From NCBI GenBank assembly GCA_000388065.2, contig KB932209.1: 64,000 bases of DNA; one strand, given 5' to 3'. The notes below the pieces were generated by a model, which was not told where the DNA came from, ran no database searches, and was given only the letters and a program-made list of their open reading frames with translations. A program made the position numbers and the translations under genes. The DNA comes from Fonticula alba ATCC 38817. Lineage: Eukaryota; Protista; Nucleariida. Position 1 is the first letter of the stretch. Each line of letters starts with the position of its first letter. This document shows positions 36,101 through 47,247 of this stretch, in pieces.

Positions 36101-38079
36101 CCCCTTGGCCCGAGGCCGGCGCCGAGCCTCGGGACGCGCATCCCTCCGGTGCCCATCCATTCGTGGGCCCTGCCCAAAGACGGCCATGCGCCAGCTGCAG
36201 GAAGCTGCCACTCGGAAGGGGTCCAGCGGAGTCCGGACCCTGAGTGAGCATTATGCTGGTTGCCGCGATGGTGGTTTTTTTTTTTCACCAAAGTCGACGC
36301 CCGAGACAGCCTCATGGTAAGCAGCCTCATCGGCGGGCGAGGCATGGCCATCTTGATTGGGTCGCGGTGGAGGGCACCATGCCCGGCATTCAGGCCTGGG
36401 CGGTCCGCCAGCCTCCACTTACCCGCGCATGCGGCATGCCTTCAGCGGTGGCCGGGTGGCGTCGCGACACCAGGGTATCAGCCCGGCAACGCAACCGGCA
36501 TATTCTCCTCGCACGGTGCCCCGTGCGCCTGTGCCCGGCTTGGAGGGCATGTGGTTCGGCTTTGTGGCCGGCAGTGGCCATGGGGGCTGTTTCGTCGCAG
36601 GTTGCACGCGGCTGCCAGCCGGACCGGGGCCTTGGGAATCAATTGCCCTGGATCCTGTCCGCCCGACAGGGCGACCGCCGGTCCGCATTGTCCCTGCTGT
36701 CTGGGATGCCGCGCCTGCTGATGTTGGTGGAGGGGGGCGGGAGTCCTTCCGGTGGATCCTGTGCGAATGTGCGGGCTTCCTTTTTTTTTCCCTCTTCATT
36801 TCGGTCTTCCTCGCGTAGTGAGTCGTCCCTCGCCGCTGGAGATGGTCCCGACGCGGGTCCTGGCCGCGAATCGGCCAGGGCGTCGGCCGGCAAGGGAATA
36901 TCCCACCGGAAGGCTGGCCGGTCCGGCGAGCTATCCGGCCAGCAGCGCACTTGCGGCATGGTTCCCCCTCCCGTCCCGTGGCGGCTTTCCCCCGAGACCC
37001 CACCGGCGGGCCCTTTCCGAGGGGGAGCCCAGCCGGCCGGGAGTTCCCTCCGTTCCGGGCTGACTCGGGTGCCGGTGCTCAAGACCAGTTCCCGTGGGTT
37101 GGCCTGCCTGGCCGGGAACTGGGGGTCCGGACCATGTCCCCCTCCTGCCCTGCCGGCGGTCCTTTGGGGTGGCGAGGCGAGGCGCTCTGTCTTTTGCGGG
37201 TCGGCCCGCTGGGCCGCTGGCGGTCCGTGGGGCTGTGGGTAGTCAGCAGCACCGGCGACCGCCGGCAGCCGAGCAGCCTCTCCATACCCGCTCGTATTGC
37301 GGACCCATGGGTGGTATGTCAGGTGGCTGGGTTTCTCCCCGGGCTGGCAGTCGGCGCCCGGGGTCCTTGGGCCTGTGTATACATGCATGTGTGTGTGTAT
37401 CGCGTGTGCGACGCGGCATGTGCCCCTTTCACTGGTTTGAAGCCCGGTCGGCCGGGTGCACAGCTTGGCTTTCGAAAGCCCGGCAGCATAGCTGAGCCGA
37501 AGTCGATCGGTGGATCAGGGGTATGGGCGGATGTGGGCCAGCGGGACAGGTGGCCCGGTGTCGAGGGCAGTCCCTCGGGCATGCCCCGCACGACCGGCGC
37601 CTTTGGGCACCGGATGGCTGGCGATGGCTCCCGCATGTGGTGTGTCCATTTGTATCCCGCTTGTGGCCATTCCCCGGGATGCGCCATGTGTCGGCCGGAG
37701 ATCGGTGATGGCCGCGATCGGCGAGCAGGCGTCTTCCCCGTGCGAGTGGCCCTGCTTGACCGGGGAGGAGGGGCCTGTCGGCGATGCTCGGCGCGCCAAG
37801 GGCCATGCCCGCGGCAGGCCGCTCGCCGAAAGTGCCGCCTCCGGCCGGGTGTCCGGCCGCCGCCTCGGTGAACATGCCCGGGGCCTGGGGGCACCTGCAA
37901 TCCGTGCTACTGGAGGTGAGTCCCTTGAAAGGGGCCTCACCACGACCTGTGGATGGGTCGACGCTTCGGCCACTTTGCTCTTGCTGGCGGGGCTTGCCCC
38001 ATTGTTTGGGGTTTTTTTTTCTTCCTCCCGGGGTCGGTGGCCATGTCGGCTGACATGCGCCCTGCACCGGGGTCCGTGG

Positions 38080-38720
38080 GGGCTGGGAGACATGCTCCAA
38101 ATGAGGAAAAGGAGGGCCGTTCTCCGAGCCGGCGGGCTTGTGGCCGCTGCTCCGCCGCCCTTATGGCTGGCATTGGTGCTGGAAAAGACCCATGCGCGTG
38201 GACTGTCCCGGGTCCGGTGTGCGGTGGAGGCAATCCGAGCCGCTGTCCGGCGTCATCCGCCCGGAGTGCGGCCGGGGAGGTGGAGCAATCTCTCGTCGGT
38301 CGGTGGCCTGCCGGAGTCCGGCGAGCGGCCCCCAGCGACCTGGGCCCATCGCGGGGCCTGAGCACCGGCCGGGCGTCGGCCCTGGGACACTCGCTGCCCG
38401 AGGCCAATGTCATGAGGGTGCGCCGCGCCGGAGATCGTGGCCGCCTTCCAGCATGGTGTTCCCCCGGGGCGGGGGCATTCCCTGTCCGCGGGCATTGACA
38501 ACGCCACGGCGATGCCGCAGGAGCGCCCGACCCGCGCGGCTGTGTGGCCCGGCAAGGGCATCAAGCGGAGCCGGACTGGACGCAGACAGGTGAGCCGGCG
38601 CCCCGGCTGCTCCCGGTGCAGGGTCTTGCCCGCGGGCGGGCTTGCCGGAGGATGCCGGCCGGCGGCCGTCGGGTGCTGTGTCTCGGCAGGGGATGTGTCG
38701 CACTAGGCCGGGGGCTGCCC
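38080..38720 (+). pseudogene. Decayed remnant of a fifth receptor-kinase domain
   Basis: Frame-shifted homology to the neighbouring kinases, in correct order: catgctccaaatgag ~ MFQNE; ALVLEKTHARGL ~ ATGLEAMHAHGV; ctgagcaccggccgggcgtcggccctgggacactcgctgcccgag ~ kinase 4 gagcgccgaccggtcgtcggccctggtgcacacgctgcccgag; gccgccttccagcatggtgttccc ~ ggcgccttccagcgtggtgtcccc; acccgcgcggctgtgtggccc ~ acccgcgcggccgtgtggcct; PEDAGRRPSGAVSRQGMC ~ QDDPARRPSAAALRQRC. HCDLKP and DLG are not recognisable. Confidence 0.8.
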
Positions 38721-38980
38721 GAGGTCCAGCCTTACGGCTTCGCCAAATGTGCCGACCATCAGCCCGGTTGCTTGGGCGGCCCGGCGCCACCAGGCAGCAG
38801 GGCCCGTCGGGGTACCTTGTGGCTGTCGATGTCGCGACCGGGAGATCGGCCCCGGGGTGGATGCCTGACGTCCGGACCTGGCCGAGTGCACATCCTCGGC
38901 CGGCCATGGTGGCGACGCCTGCGCCCGTCGGTGGCAGGGCGAGGGGGCCGGAGAGTGTAGGCACTCGGACCGGGCGGCAC

Positions 38981-38989
<9 letters not shown>

Positions 38990-39026
<37 letters not shown>
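38990..39026. repeat. (GA)n microsatellite
   Basis: Directly visible. Confidence 0.9.
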
Positions 39027-39029
<3 letters not shown>

Positions 39030-40019
39030 GGTCACCACGACCCCGGTGAGGATGCGGGTCCCCGCTCGGAGGCAGAGAGCATGCCACCCCCCTGCCCCCG
39101 CGCCCAACACCACACCCGTGGAGGACGGTCGGGCGTCCGGCTGCGCTGAACGCCCGGCCCCCGAAGCACACCCTGATATCTCGGCGCCCGCGAATGCCCG
39201 CCATCCGGCATGCTCCCCCCCCCCCCCCCCCCCCCCCCNNNNNNNNNNCCCCCCCCCCCCCCCCTCGCCCCCATATTGCCCCTCCTCCCCCCGTCGCCTG
39301 GGCTGGTGTTCGGACGCTGCGTGCCCCCGGATCGCGGGCCCTCAGGGCCGCATTTCTCCCCTTGCTACCCCTGTGTGTTGCGGGAGGACGTTTCAAACTC
39401 CTGGGAAGGATGTTCCCCCTCCGGACCCCCAGCAAGCCACCGGGCGCAGGCCACGCCGGGACCTCCTGCGTTGGACCCTGCACCACTCCACCCGGGGGCG
39501 CCCGATCTTGGCGCATGGCCCGACGCCGTGTTTTCCGGCCACAGAGGCCCGGCCCCGGGGCGTGCGACCGTGTTGCGAGCCGAAACAGCCCGACCCGGCC
39601 GAAGCGTTGGCATGTCGCTATGTGCCGAAAGGGTCTGGCCTCTCTCTCCGGGCACCACGCCGGCCCCGGCTCTCAGGGGGGGCGGATGGCGGAGTTGAAA
39701 AATACCTTGCACCGGGCGGCCACGGAGCGGGCTCGCTGGAACCAACATCCGCAGGCGACCCCGGCCCGAGGGGTGTCGTGGCGGGGGCCCGGCGCAGGCA
39801 GGCAGGCGGGGCCCGGACCTAAGGCGGGGAAAAGGCCGCCCCCTCCCGGCGCAGATGGCTGTCCACAGGCCAAATGCAATTCCCCTCCCTGCCCTAGTGG
39901 CCTGCACACTTTGTCCCCTCTCCCCCCCCCCCCCCCCCTCGCCGCTCTTGCCCGGGCTCGGCCCCACGCCCGCCCTTGCTTCTGCCTTGCCCCTCCAGCC
40001 ACCGGGGCCCGGGAAGGTT

Positions 40020-43000
40020 ATGGCACCCCTGCGGCCATCCTGGCGGCGCCGGTCGCCGGCCATCCTGGTGGCCCTCTCATGGCTTGTCCTTCTTTTTGCC
40101 GGGCCCGCACGGGCCCAGGACCTGGTGCTGTATTCGGCCCCGCATCCGGCCCTGTCGACTGACAAGGTGCCCGTGCTTGTGCCCTTTGTGGGAGTACCAT
40201 CCTCGGCCAGTGTCTTCGGCGTGGACAATGCCTTCCACTTCCACGAGCAGAATCTCCCCGTGAACAACAGCCCCGAAATCCGGTGGGGATCCTTCTTCGC
40301 GGCGGTGCGGTTCTACATGAACCGGGGGCGAAGCACCGACATCTCGGGCTCCCGGGTGATGCTCATCCACCAATCGAGCGGGTCGATTCCGATGGCCGTC
40401 GAGCACAGCCGGAGCATGGTCGCAATGTACACCTCGAGTGTGGAGCACTCGCTGCCGGGGCCGCAGACCGAGTTGCTGGCCGGCGTTGTGTCCAGCTCCA
40501 ACAGCGCGGATGTCCTCGGTTTGACTGGCTCGGGGAGCACCGATCGCTCGGTCTTCCTGGGCACGCTCAGCCACTCGTCGCTGACCCCCCTGTCGCATGA
40601 TGTCCCCTCGATCGACGGGCCGGCAATGGCGGTGCCCGGCGTCGGCCGGTCCTTCTACTTGGCCTGGCTCAGGCACCTTTTGCACATCAGCCACCAGGGG
40701 TCTGGCTATTCCACAGGCCCGACCCTGAACTTCAGTGGTGCCGTCGTGCAGATGGCCGCCACCCGGGTGAAATCCCCGGCCAGTACGTGCTCCGATGCGG
40801 CGGATGTGGTTCTCATCCAGGACAATCGTGTCCTGTCGGTGTTGGTCTGTCACGGCGTCGCCCCCACCGAGAGTCTGGTGGAGATGTTGCTGCCGAGTGG
40901 GTTGCCTCTGGCAGGAGTTCGAATTCTGGCGGCGCCAGCCTCCACCATGAACCAGGGGGTGTCTCCTTTCTATTTGGTCTTTCCCCAAGCGCCGGATCCG
41001 CGGGATCGCCTCTGGGAGATCACCATCCCGGTGGAGGACCTTGTCTGGCGCCGGGTCCTGCTGCCTCCGAGAGTGGTCCAAGTGGCTGACATGCAGCTTG
41101 GGCGCTTTGCTTTGCACTCGGCCCCGGCCCCATGGCGCCTGATGGACCGGACCAACACCGTGCTCCTGGAGCCGGGCGATATGGGCTGCCAGCTTGATGA
41201 AAGCATTGTGTGCGACACGGCGGACCAGGTGACCGGCGCGCCGGGCGGGTGGCTTTGTGCCCCGGGCCAGGTCGAGTCGCCGTATGTCTCGTCGAGGCAC
41301 CTGTGTGCCGGGTGCGCCGATGGCCGGTTCCTGAAACGGTCGCGCAGTATGTCCACCCCGAGGGTCACATCCATTCACCATGTGCCTGACGTATGCGCCC
41401 TTGGCCATGGGGGGCGGGGGNNNNNNNNNNNNNNNNNNNNNNNNNGGGGGGGGGGGGCGGGGCGGGGGTCTTTTCTCTGGGCGCTCCTCTTCTTACTCCT
41501 CCGGGTCATTTGTTTCCCTGCTCCTCCGGGCCATTTGTCGCCTCCTGCCCGTCCGTCAGGCGAATTGCCCTTCTCCCTTTCGAGCCACCTCTGCCAGGTC
41601 TGTGCGCAGGGCGGATGCCGGACATGCGACGAGCACCACTGCCTCGTGTGCCAGGAGGGCCTCCTGCCCGAGCCGAGTGGCCCCGGGGGGGACACCGTCT
41701 GCGTGTCCAGCTGCTCGGCGGGATTTGTCCCGGCCGCCGGGGTATGCCGGCCAGATGCTTCGCCACCGCTGCCGGCCTCCCTGCGTATTGTGGGGCCGGA
41801 AAAGATGCCGGGCTTGGCCAGCGGCGACTCGATCACCGCCATCGGGGAGACCTGGCTCCTGTTGAGCGACCAGGATCCCCGGCCAGTCATTCCGGCCACC
41901 AACACCGGCCCGGCCATCGGGGCCCTGATCTTCACCGAGCAGCAGAAGGTTTACTTCATGCCGACAGGCCAAATTGGCAACCCGATGAAGCCGCCGCTGA
42001 AGGAGGTGAACCTGCTGGCGCAGCCCCTCTCCAGCCCGGTGATCGCGTCGGCCGAGCTGGGTCCCTTTTTGAGCGAGGGCAAATGGCTGTATGTGGTGGT
42101 CATGAGCGATCGTTCCGGCAGCGTGTCCCAGGCTTGGCTGTCGTGCACCGGCGCGCAGGGCCCCTGCAAGGCCGACAGCCCGGCCGTGGCACAGTCCTAC
42201 GTGCAGAGCCCTTGCTTTGCCCTGCGGCGCCTTGGCGTGGACAGCATCGTGCTGTATACCATGTCCGATGGAGTGTACCTGCTCCGGGCGAATGCCAGCT
42301 CCAAGAGCCTGGCCCGGTCGCGGATCGACGCGCGCGAGGTGCTCCGGCTGCCGGCGTCCTCGGCAGCCGGAGCTCGAAGCGAGCTGGCCGACTGGTTCCT
42401 GTGGTCGGACCTCACCGGGGGGGCCACTGCCAGCCCGGTGGTGTTTGTGAATTCGGGCGATTCGCGCAGCCAGTCCTTGCTCCGGCGCTTCTTGCCGGGG
42501 GCCAATGTCCCCGGGGTCCCCCATGTGCCGGTGCTCCTGGCACGAGGGCGCGATGACCTGGCGCCGGAGCTGGTCTTCTCGCAGACCACCGGCGCCGATT
42601 GGACGGTCCTCCGAGTGCCGGGGGACATGCTGCCGGGGGGGCGCTCCGTGGATGTGCCCTTCAGTCGCCATGTGTTGGGCCGGCTGCCGGAGGCCCTGGG
42701 GCCCGACAGTGGCTCGACCCCGGCGGTTCACTTCCAGGGGGTGGCCCTGCCGGCCGGCGGGGTCCGGTACCCGAGCGCGTTGCTGCTGCTGGCGCGCACT
42801 TTCGTCGGGGTGTCGATGCTGCACTGTCCGGATGGGGGGGCTGGCGTGTGTGTTTTGCAGCCGGCCACCTTTGTCTCTTTGCTGGGGGAGGATCGCATTC
42901 CGACGGACGCGGCCATTTGGAGTCCGGCCATGGCCCTGGATGCCAGTGGATTGCTGGGCCCCGACCAGCTGCTGTACATGATGGCCTTCAATCCCAGCAC

Positions 43001-46000
43001 CGGGCCCAGGTCCATCCTGCTGAGGGTCAGCTGCCCGGAGGGGACGTACGGGCTCTACTGTGATCCCTGTGATGATGCGTGCCTCACATGCCGGGGCCCG
43101 GGGCCGGGGGACTGTAAAACATGCCGCCATCGGCTGCCCTCCGAGCCGGAGGTGTGCCGGGCGGCCTGCCCGGCCGGGCTGTATCCCGACCATGAGGGCA
43201 TGTGCATTTGCCATTCCAGCTGCAATGCCTGCCCCCCCGACAGCTTTGGCAATTACCTTTGCATCGAGTGTGTCACTGGCCATGTTCCGGATGTGAATGC
43301 CGGCGAGCCGGGCCGGTGCTTCGCGTGCGATGCATCCTGTGGCGAGTGCTCGCGGCCTGGCGATCCGAAAGCCTGCACCTCATGCCCACCCACCCGGTGG
43401 CTACTGGATGGGGCTTGCTATGAGCAGTGTCCCGAGGGGACGCGGCTCGATGTCGGGAATAATGTCTGCCAGCCATGCGGGCTCAATTGCCTTCTCTGCA
43501 GCATGGAGGGTGTTTGCGATGCATGCGTCGAGCGGCACTTCGCCGCTGGCGATGGGTCCTGCGCGGTGTGTGACGGATCCTGCGTCGACTGCACGGATGG
43601 CATTTCCTGCACGGCATGCCGGCCGGGGCTGGTGTTCCTCGGGACCGATGCGCAAGTGCCATCGCTTTGCGGGAGTTCCTGCCTGCCGGGCCAGTTCGTC
43701 GGTGCTGGCCGGTGCGCCGAGTGCGACGCCAGCTGCGAGTTGTGTGCCGGGAGCGCGGCCGCCTGCCAGGTGTGCGCCGATGGCTTCCGCTGGGCCGGCC
43801 GGCCGGCGGCCGGGGCCACCGGGACATGCGTGCCCTGCGCGTCGGGCTGTGCCTCCTGCACGGCAGACAAATGCCTGACCTGCGAGGCGGGCCTGTTCCT
43901 GGCATCGGACGGGACGTGTGTGAGCACGTGCCCGGCCGGGGCCTGGCCCAATGGGGAGTCCTGCCAGCCGTGCGACATCTCGTGTGCCACCTGCACCGGC
44001 GGCGGCGGGGCCGACCAGTGCACCGGCTGCGAGGAGGGCTTGGACTTCGTCGAGAGCGCCCCCGGCGTCGGGGCATGTGTTTCCGGCTGCGACGAAGGCC
44101 AGTACCGGGACCCGGACGCCCGCACCTGCCTGCCGTGCGACGCGGCCTGTGCCACATGCAACGGTCCGACCGACAAGGACTGCTGGCGCTGCCGAAAGGC
44201 GATCTTGCAAGATGGCGACTGCGTGCAGGCGTGTGCTGCCTCGTATGTGGCCGTGGCTGGGCGCTGCCTGCCGTGCCATGCTTCGTGCGCGCAATGCATG
44301 GGGGTCCGGTCGACGGAGTGTGTGCCGGCCTGCCCGAGCGAGCTGCTGGCCCTGCCGACCGGGGCGTCTCCCACGCGGTGTGTGCCGGCCTGCCCGGCGG
44401 GCTACCACACCACGGCGTCGGGGTGCTCGCCGTGCGGGTCCCATTGTGCCAGCTGCCCGGCCTCGGCGGCGTCCTGTGCCCAGTGCGAGCGCGGGTGGCT
44501 GCTGGCCAGCCCGGAGTGTGTGTCCTCCTGCCCGGGCGGCAGTCTGCCGCTGGGGAATGTGTGCGCCACCTGCCACGGGACGTGTGCCACATGCTACGGC
44601 CCGGGGGACAACAACTGCCTCTCCTGCAGCCCCGATGCTCCCTTCATGGTGGGCGGGCGGTGCCATGCCGCCTGCCCGGCCGGCACGCACGAGGTGCTGG
44701 GCGCCTGCCTGCCCTGCCACTCGACATGTGCGGCGTGCGAGGAATCCGGCGATGACCGGTGCACCGCGTGCTCGGGCGACCGGGCCCTGCTTGGGGGCGA
44801 GTGCCTGCTTGGCTGCCCTGCCGGGTTTTTTGCCGAGAACAACGTGTGCACCCAGTGCGGGCCCTCGTGCGCCACGTGTGACCGCCCGGGCAGCTGCACG
44901 GGCTGCGCCCCGGGTCGGCTACTCCAGCCGGATGGGCTGTGCGCCGTCGGCTGCCCGGCCGGGTGGACGGAGTGTGCCGCCTCGGCCGGGTGTGTCCAGT
45001 GCCCGGACCACTGCCGTGCGTGCCTCTCGCAGGGGCCCCCCTGCGAGGCCACCTGTACGGCCTGCGAGGCGGGGTATGTCCTGTCCTCGGGGCAGTGTGC
45101 CACGAGCTGCCCGGCCGGGGCCTTCCTCTCGCGGGAGTCGGGCACCTGCCAGCAGTGTGCGAGCGCCTGTCGGACTTGTGTCGAATCGGCGGACCGCTGC
45201 ACTGGCTGCGCCATGGGGGTGCTCCTGCCGGGGGAGGGCACCTGCGTGTCGGCCTGCCCGGGCGCCTCGGCGCCGGTGGATGGGGCGTGTCTCGGCTGCC
45301 CGGCCGGATGCGAGCAGTGTCGCGCGGGCCCGGGCCAGCCCGGATGCGAGCTCCAGCAGGATGGGCAGCTTGCCTGTCCCGAGGCCACTTCCTGCTCGCG
45401 CTGCATGGCGGGGCTGCTCCTGCAGGGGGACACCTGTGTGGCAGCATGTCGGAAGGACCATTACGCGGATGTGGCGGCCAATCCGCCGGCCTGCCTGCCC
45501 TGTCACAGTGGGTGTGTGAGCGGCTGCACCGGGCCGGAGCCGGCCGACTGCGACCAGCTCCCCCGGCCCACGGCGTCGCGTGTGGGCCTGGCCGTGGGTC
45601 TGTCGGTGGGGCTGCTGCTGCTGCTGGTCCTGCTGATCCTGGCGGTACTGTGCCTTGTGCGCCGGCACAACCGGCGGGCCATGCTGGCCAAGGACCTCGC
45701 CGCCCATGACGCGGATGCCACCATGCTGAACACCATCGTGGAGCTGGCCCTGCCCGGGGCCATTCTGGTGAGTGTGGACCTGGACTTCCGGCCGGTCAAT
45801 GAGCAGCTCGGTGCCGGGACCCAGGCATCGGTCTATGCGGCGCAGGCGGTGGGCACGGGGATCATGGCGCGCCTGGGCTGTCCGGATGTCGTGGCCGTGA
45901 AGAGGATGNNNNNNNNNNNNNNNNNNNNNNNNNNNNNNNNNNNNNNNNNNNNNNNNNNNNNNNNNNNNNNNNNNNNNNNNNNNNNNNNNNNNNNNNNNNN

Positions 46001-46968
46001 NNNNNNNNNNNNNNNNNNNNNNNNNNNNNNNNNNNNNNNNNNNNNNNNNNNNNNNNNNNNNNNNNNNNNNNNNNNNNNNNNNNNNNNNNNNNNNNNNNNN
46101 NNNNNNNNNNNNNNNNNNNNNNNNNNNNNNNNNNNNNNNNNNNNNNNNNNNNNNNNNNNNNNNNNNNNNNNNNNNNNNNNNNNNNNNNNNNNNNNNNNNN
46201 NNNNNNNNNNNNNNNNNNNNNNNNNNNNNNNNNNNNNNNNNNNNNNNNNNNNNNNNNNNNNNNNNNNNNNNNNNNNNNNNNNNNNNNNNNNNNNNNNNNN
46301 NNNNNNNNNNNNNNNNNNNNNNNNNNNNNNNNNNNNNNNNNNNNNNNNNNNNNNNNNNNNNNNNNNNNNNNNNNNNNNNNNNNNNNNNNNNNNNNNNNNN
46401 NNNNNNNNNNNNNNNNNNNNNNNNNNNNNNNNNNNNNNNNNNNNNNNNNNNNNNNNNNNNNNNNNNNNNNNNNNNNNNNNNNNNNNNNNNNNNNNNNNNN
46501 NNNNNNNNNNNNNNNNNNNNNNNNNNNNNNNNNNNNNNNNNNNNNNNNNNNNNGAGCGCCGACCGGTCGTCGGCCCTGGTGCACACGCTGCCCGAGCTGA
46601 ATGCCATGACGGTGCGGTACGCGGCGCCCGAGGTGATCGGCGCCTTCCAGCGTGGTGTCCCCCTGGAGCCGGAGCTCCTCTTCGCGGGGGACATTTACAG
46701 CGCGGCGGTCATGCTCAACGAGTGCCTGACCCGCGCGGCCGTGTGGCCTGGGAAGGATCTCCAGGGCATCGTGGCGGCTGTGATGGCCGGCGGGCGACCG
46801 GACATGTCGGCCCTTCCGGCTGCCGGGCCTTTTGCCGCGGCCGGAGACCTTATCCAGGCAGCTTGGCAGGATGACCCGGCGCGCCGGCCCTCGGCGGCGG
46901 CCTTGCGCCAACGGTGTGCCGGGCTGTTTGTGGCCGCCGGAGGTTTGGGCAGCGACTCGGGGCCGTGA
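40020..46968 (+). CDS. Receptor-like kinase 4 (paralog); join(40020..41346,41560..46968) with gap 45909..46553 in the kinase
   Basis: Signal peptide MAPLRPSWRRRSPAILVALSWLVLLFAGPARA; PEIRWGSFF; phase-1 intron GTATGT(41347)..CAG(41559); long furin-like stalk; TM VGLAVGLSVGLLLLLVLLILAVLCLV; GAGTQASV, VAVKRM. After the gap it reads SADRSSALVHTLPELNAMTVRYAAPE...DIYSAA...RRPS to the stop at 46968. Confidence 0.88.
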
Positions 46969-47174
46969 CATGCGCGCTCCGGTTTTGGTGTGCGAAAGCA
47001 ACCACCCCGTGCTTGAGCCTCTCTCTCTCTCTCTCTCATATACACCTTGTGCTAAAGTTTCCCCGTGTCGCCACTTTTTTACTGTGTGTGTGTCTGCGCT
47101 CCCAGGCGCGCTGGCTTGGAAGGCGGGCCGGGGGCCGGCAAAAAGGAGCGGGACGCGGGACGAAAAATAGTGAT

Positions 47175-47247
47175 AGCCCACTGTGGGGCTCGAACCCACG
47201 ACCCTGGGATTAAGAGTCCCATGCTCTACCAACTGAGCTAAACAGGC
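47175..47247 (-). tRNA. tRNA-Lys-CTT: tRNA-Lys, anticodon CTT, intronless; Pol III T5 terminator at 47167..47163
   Basis: Reverse complement GCCTGTTTAGCTCAGTTGGTAGAGCATGGGACTCTTAATCCCAGGGTCGTGGGTTCGAGCCCCACAGTGGGCT folds as a 73-nt cloverleaf with perfect D, anticodon and T stems. Confidence 0.95.

Noticed and set aside
34200-37900. Ectodomain remnants of the pseudogene (e.g. QQCEPSG ~34950, VPKLLPLPRG ~35535, ATEWSLL ~35742)
   Set aside because: Matches are short and their order and spacing do not fit the intact genes; could be chance.
39855-40019. Upstream ATG of the 2339-aa ORF as the start of kinase 4
   Set aside because: It adds a Pro-rich, poly-C-derived stretch before a good signal peptide; ATG 40020 matches the paralogs' layout.
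10764-46968. Receptor tyrosine kinase or proprotein convertase (furin/PCSK5) identity
   Set aside because: The catalytic loop is DLKPxN (Ser/Thr type), not DLAARN or DLRAAN, and no subtilase domain is visible; only the Cys-rich repeat type is shared.
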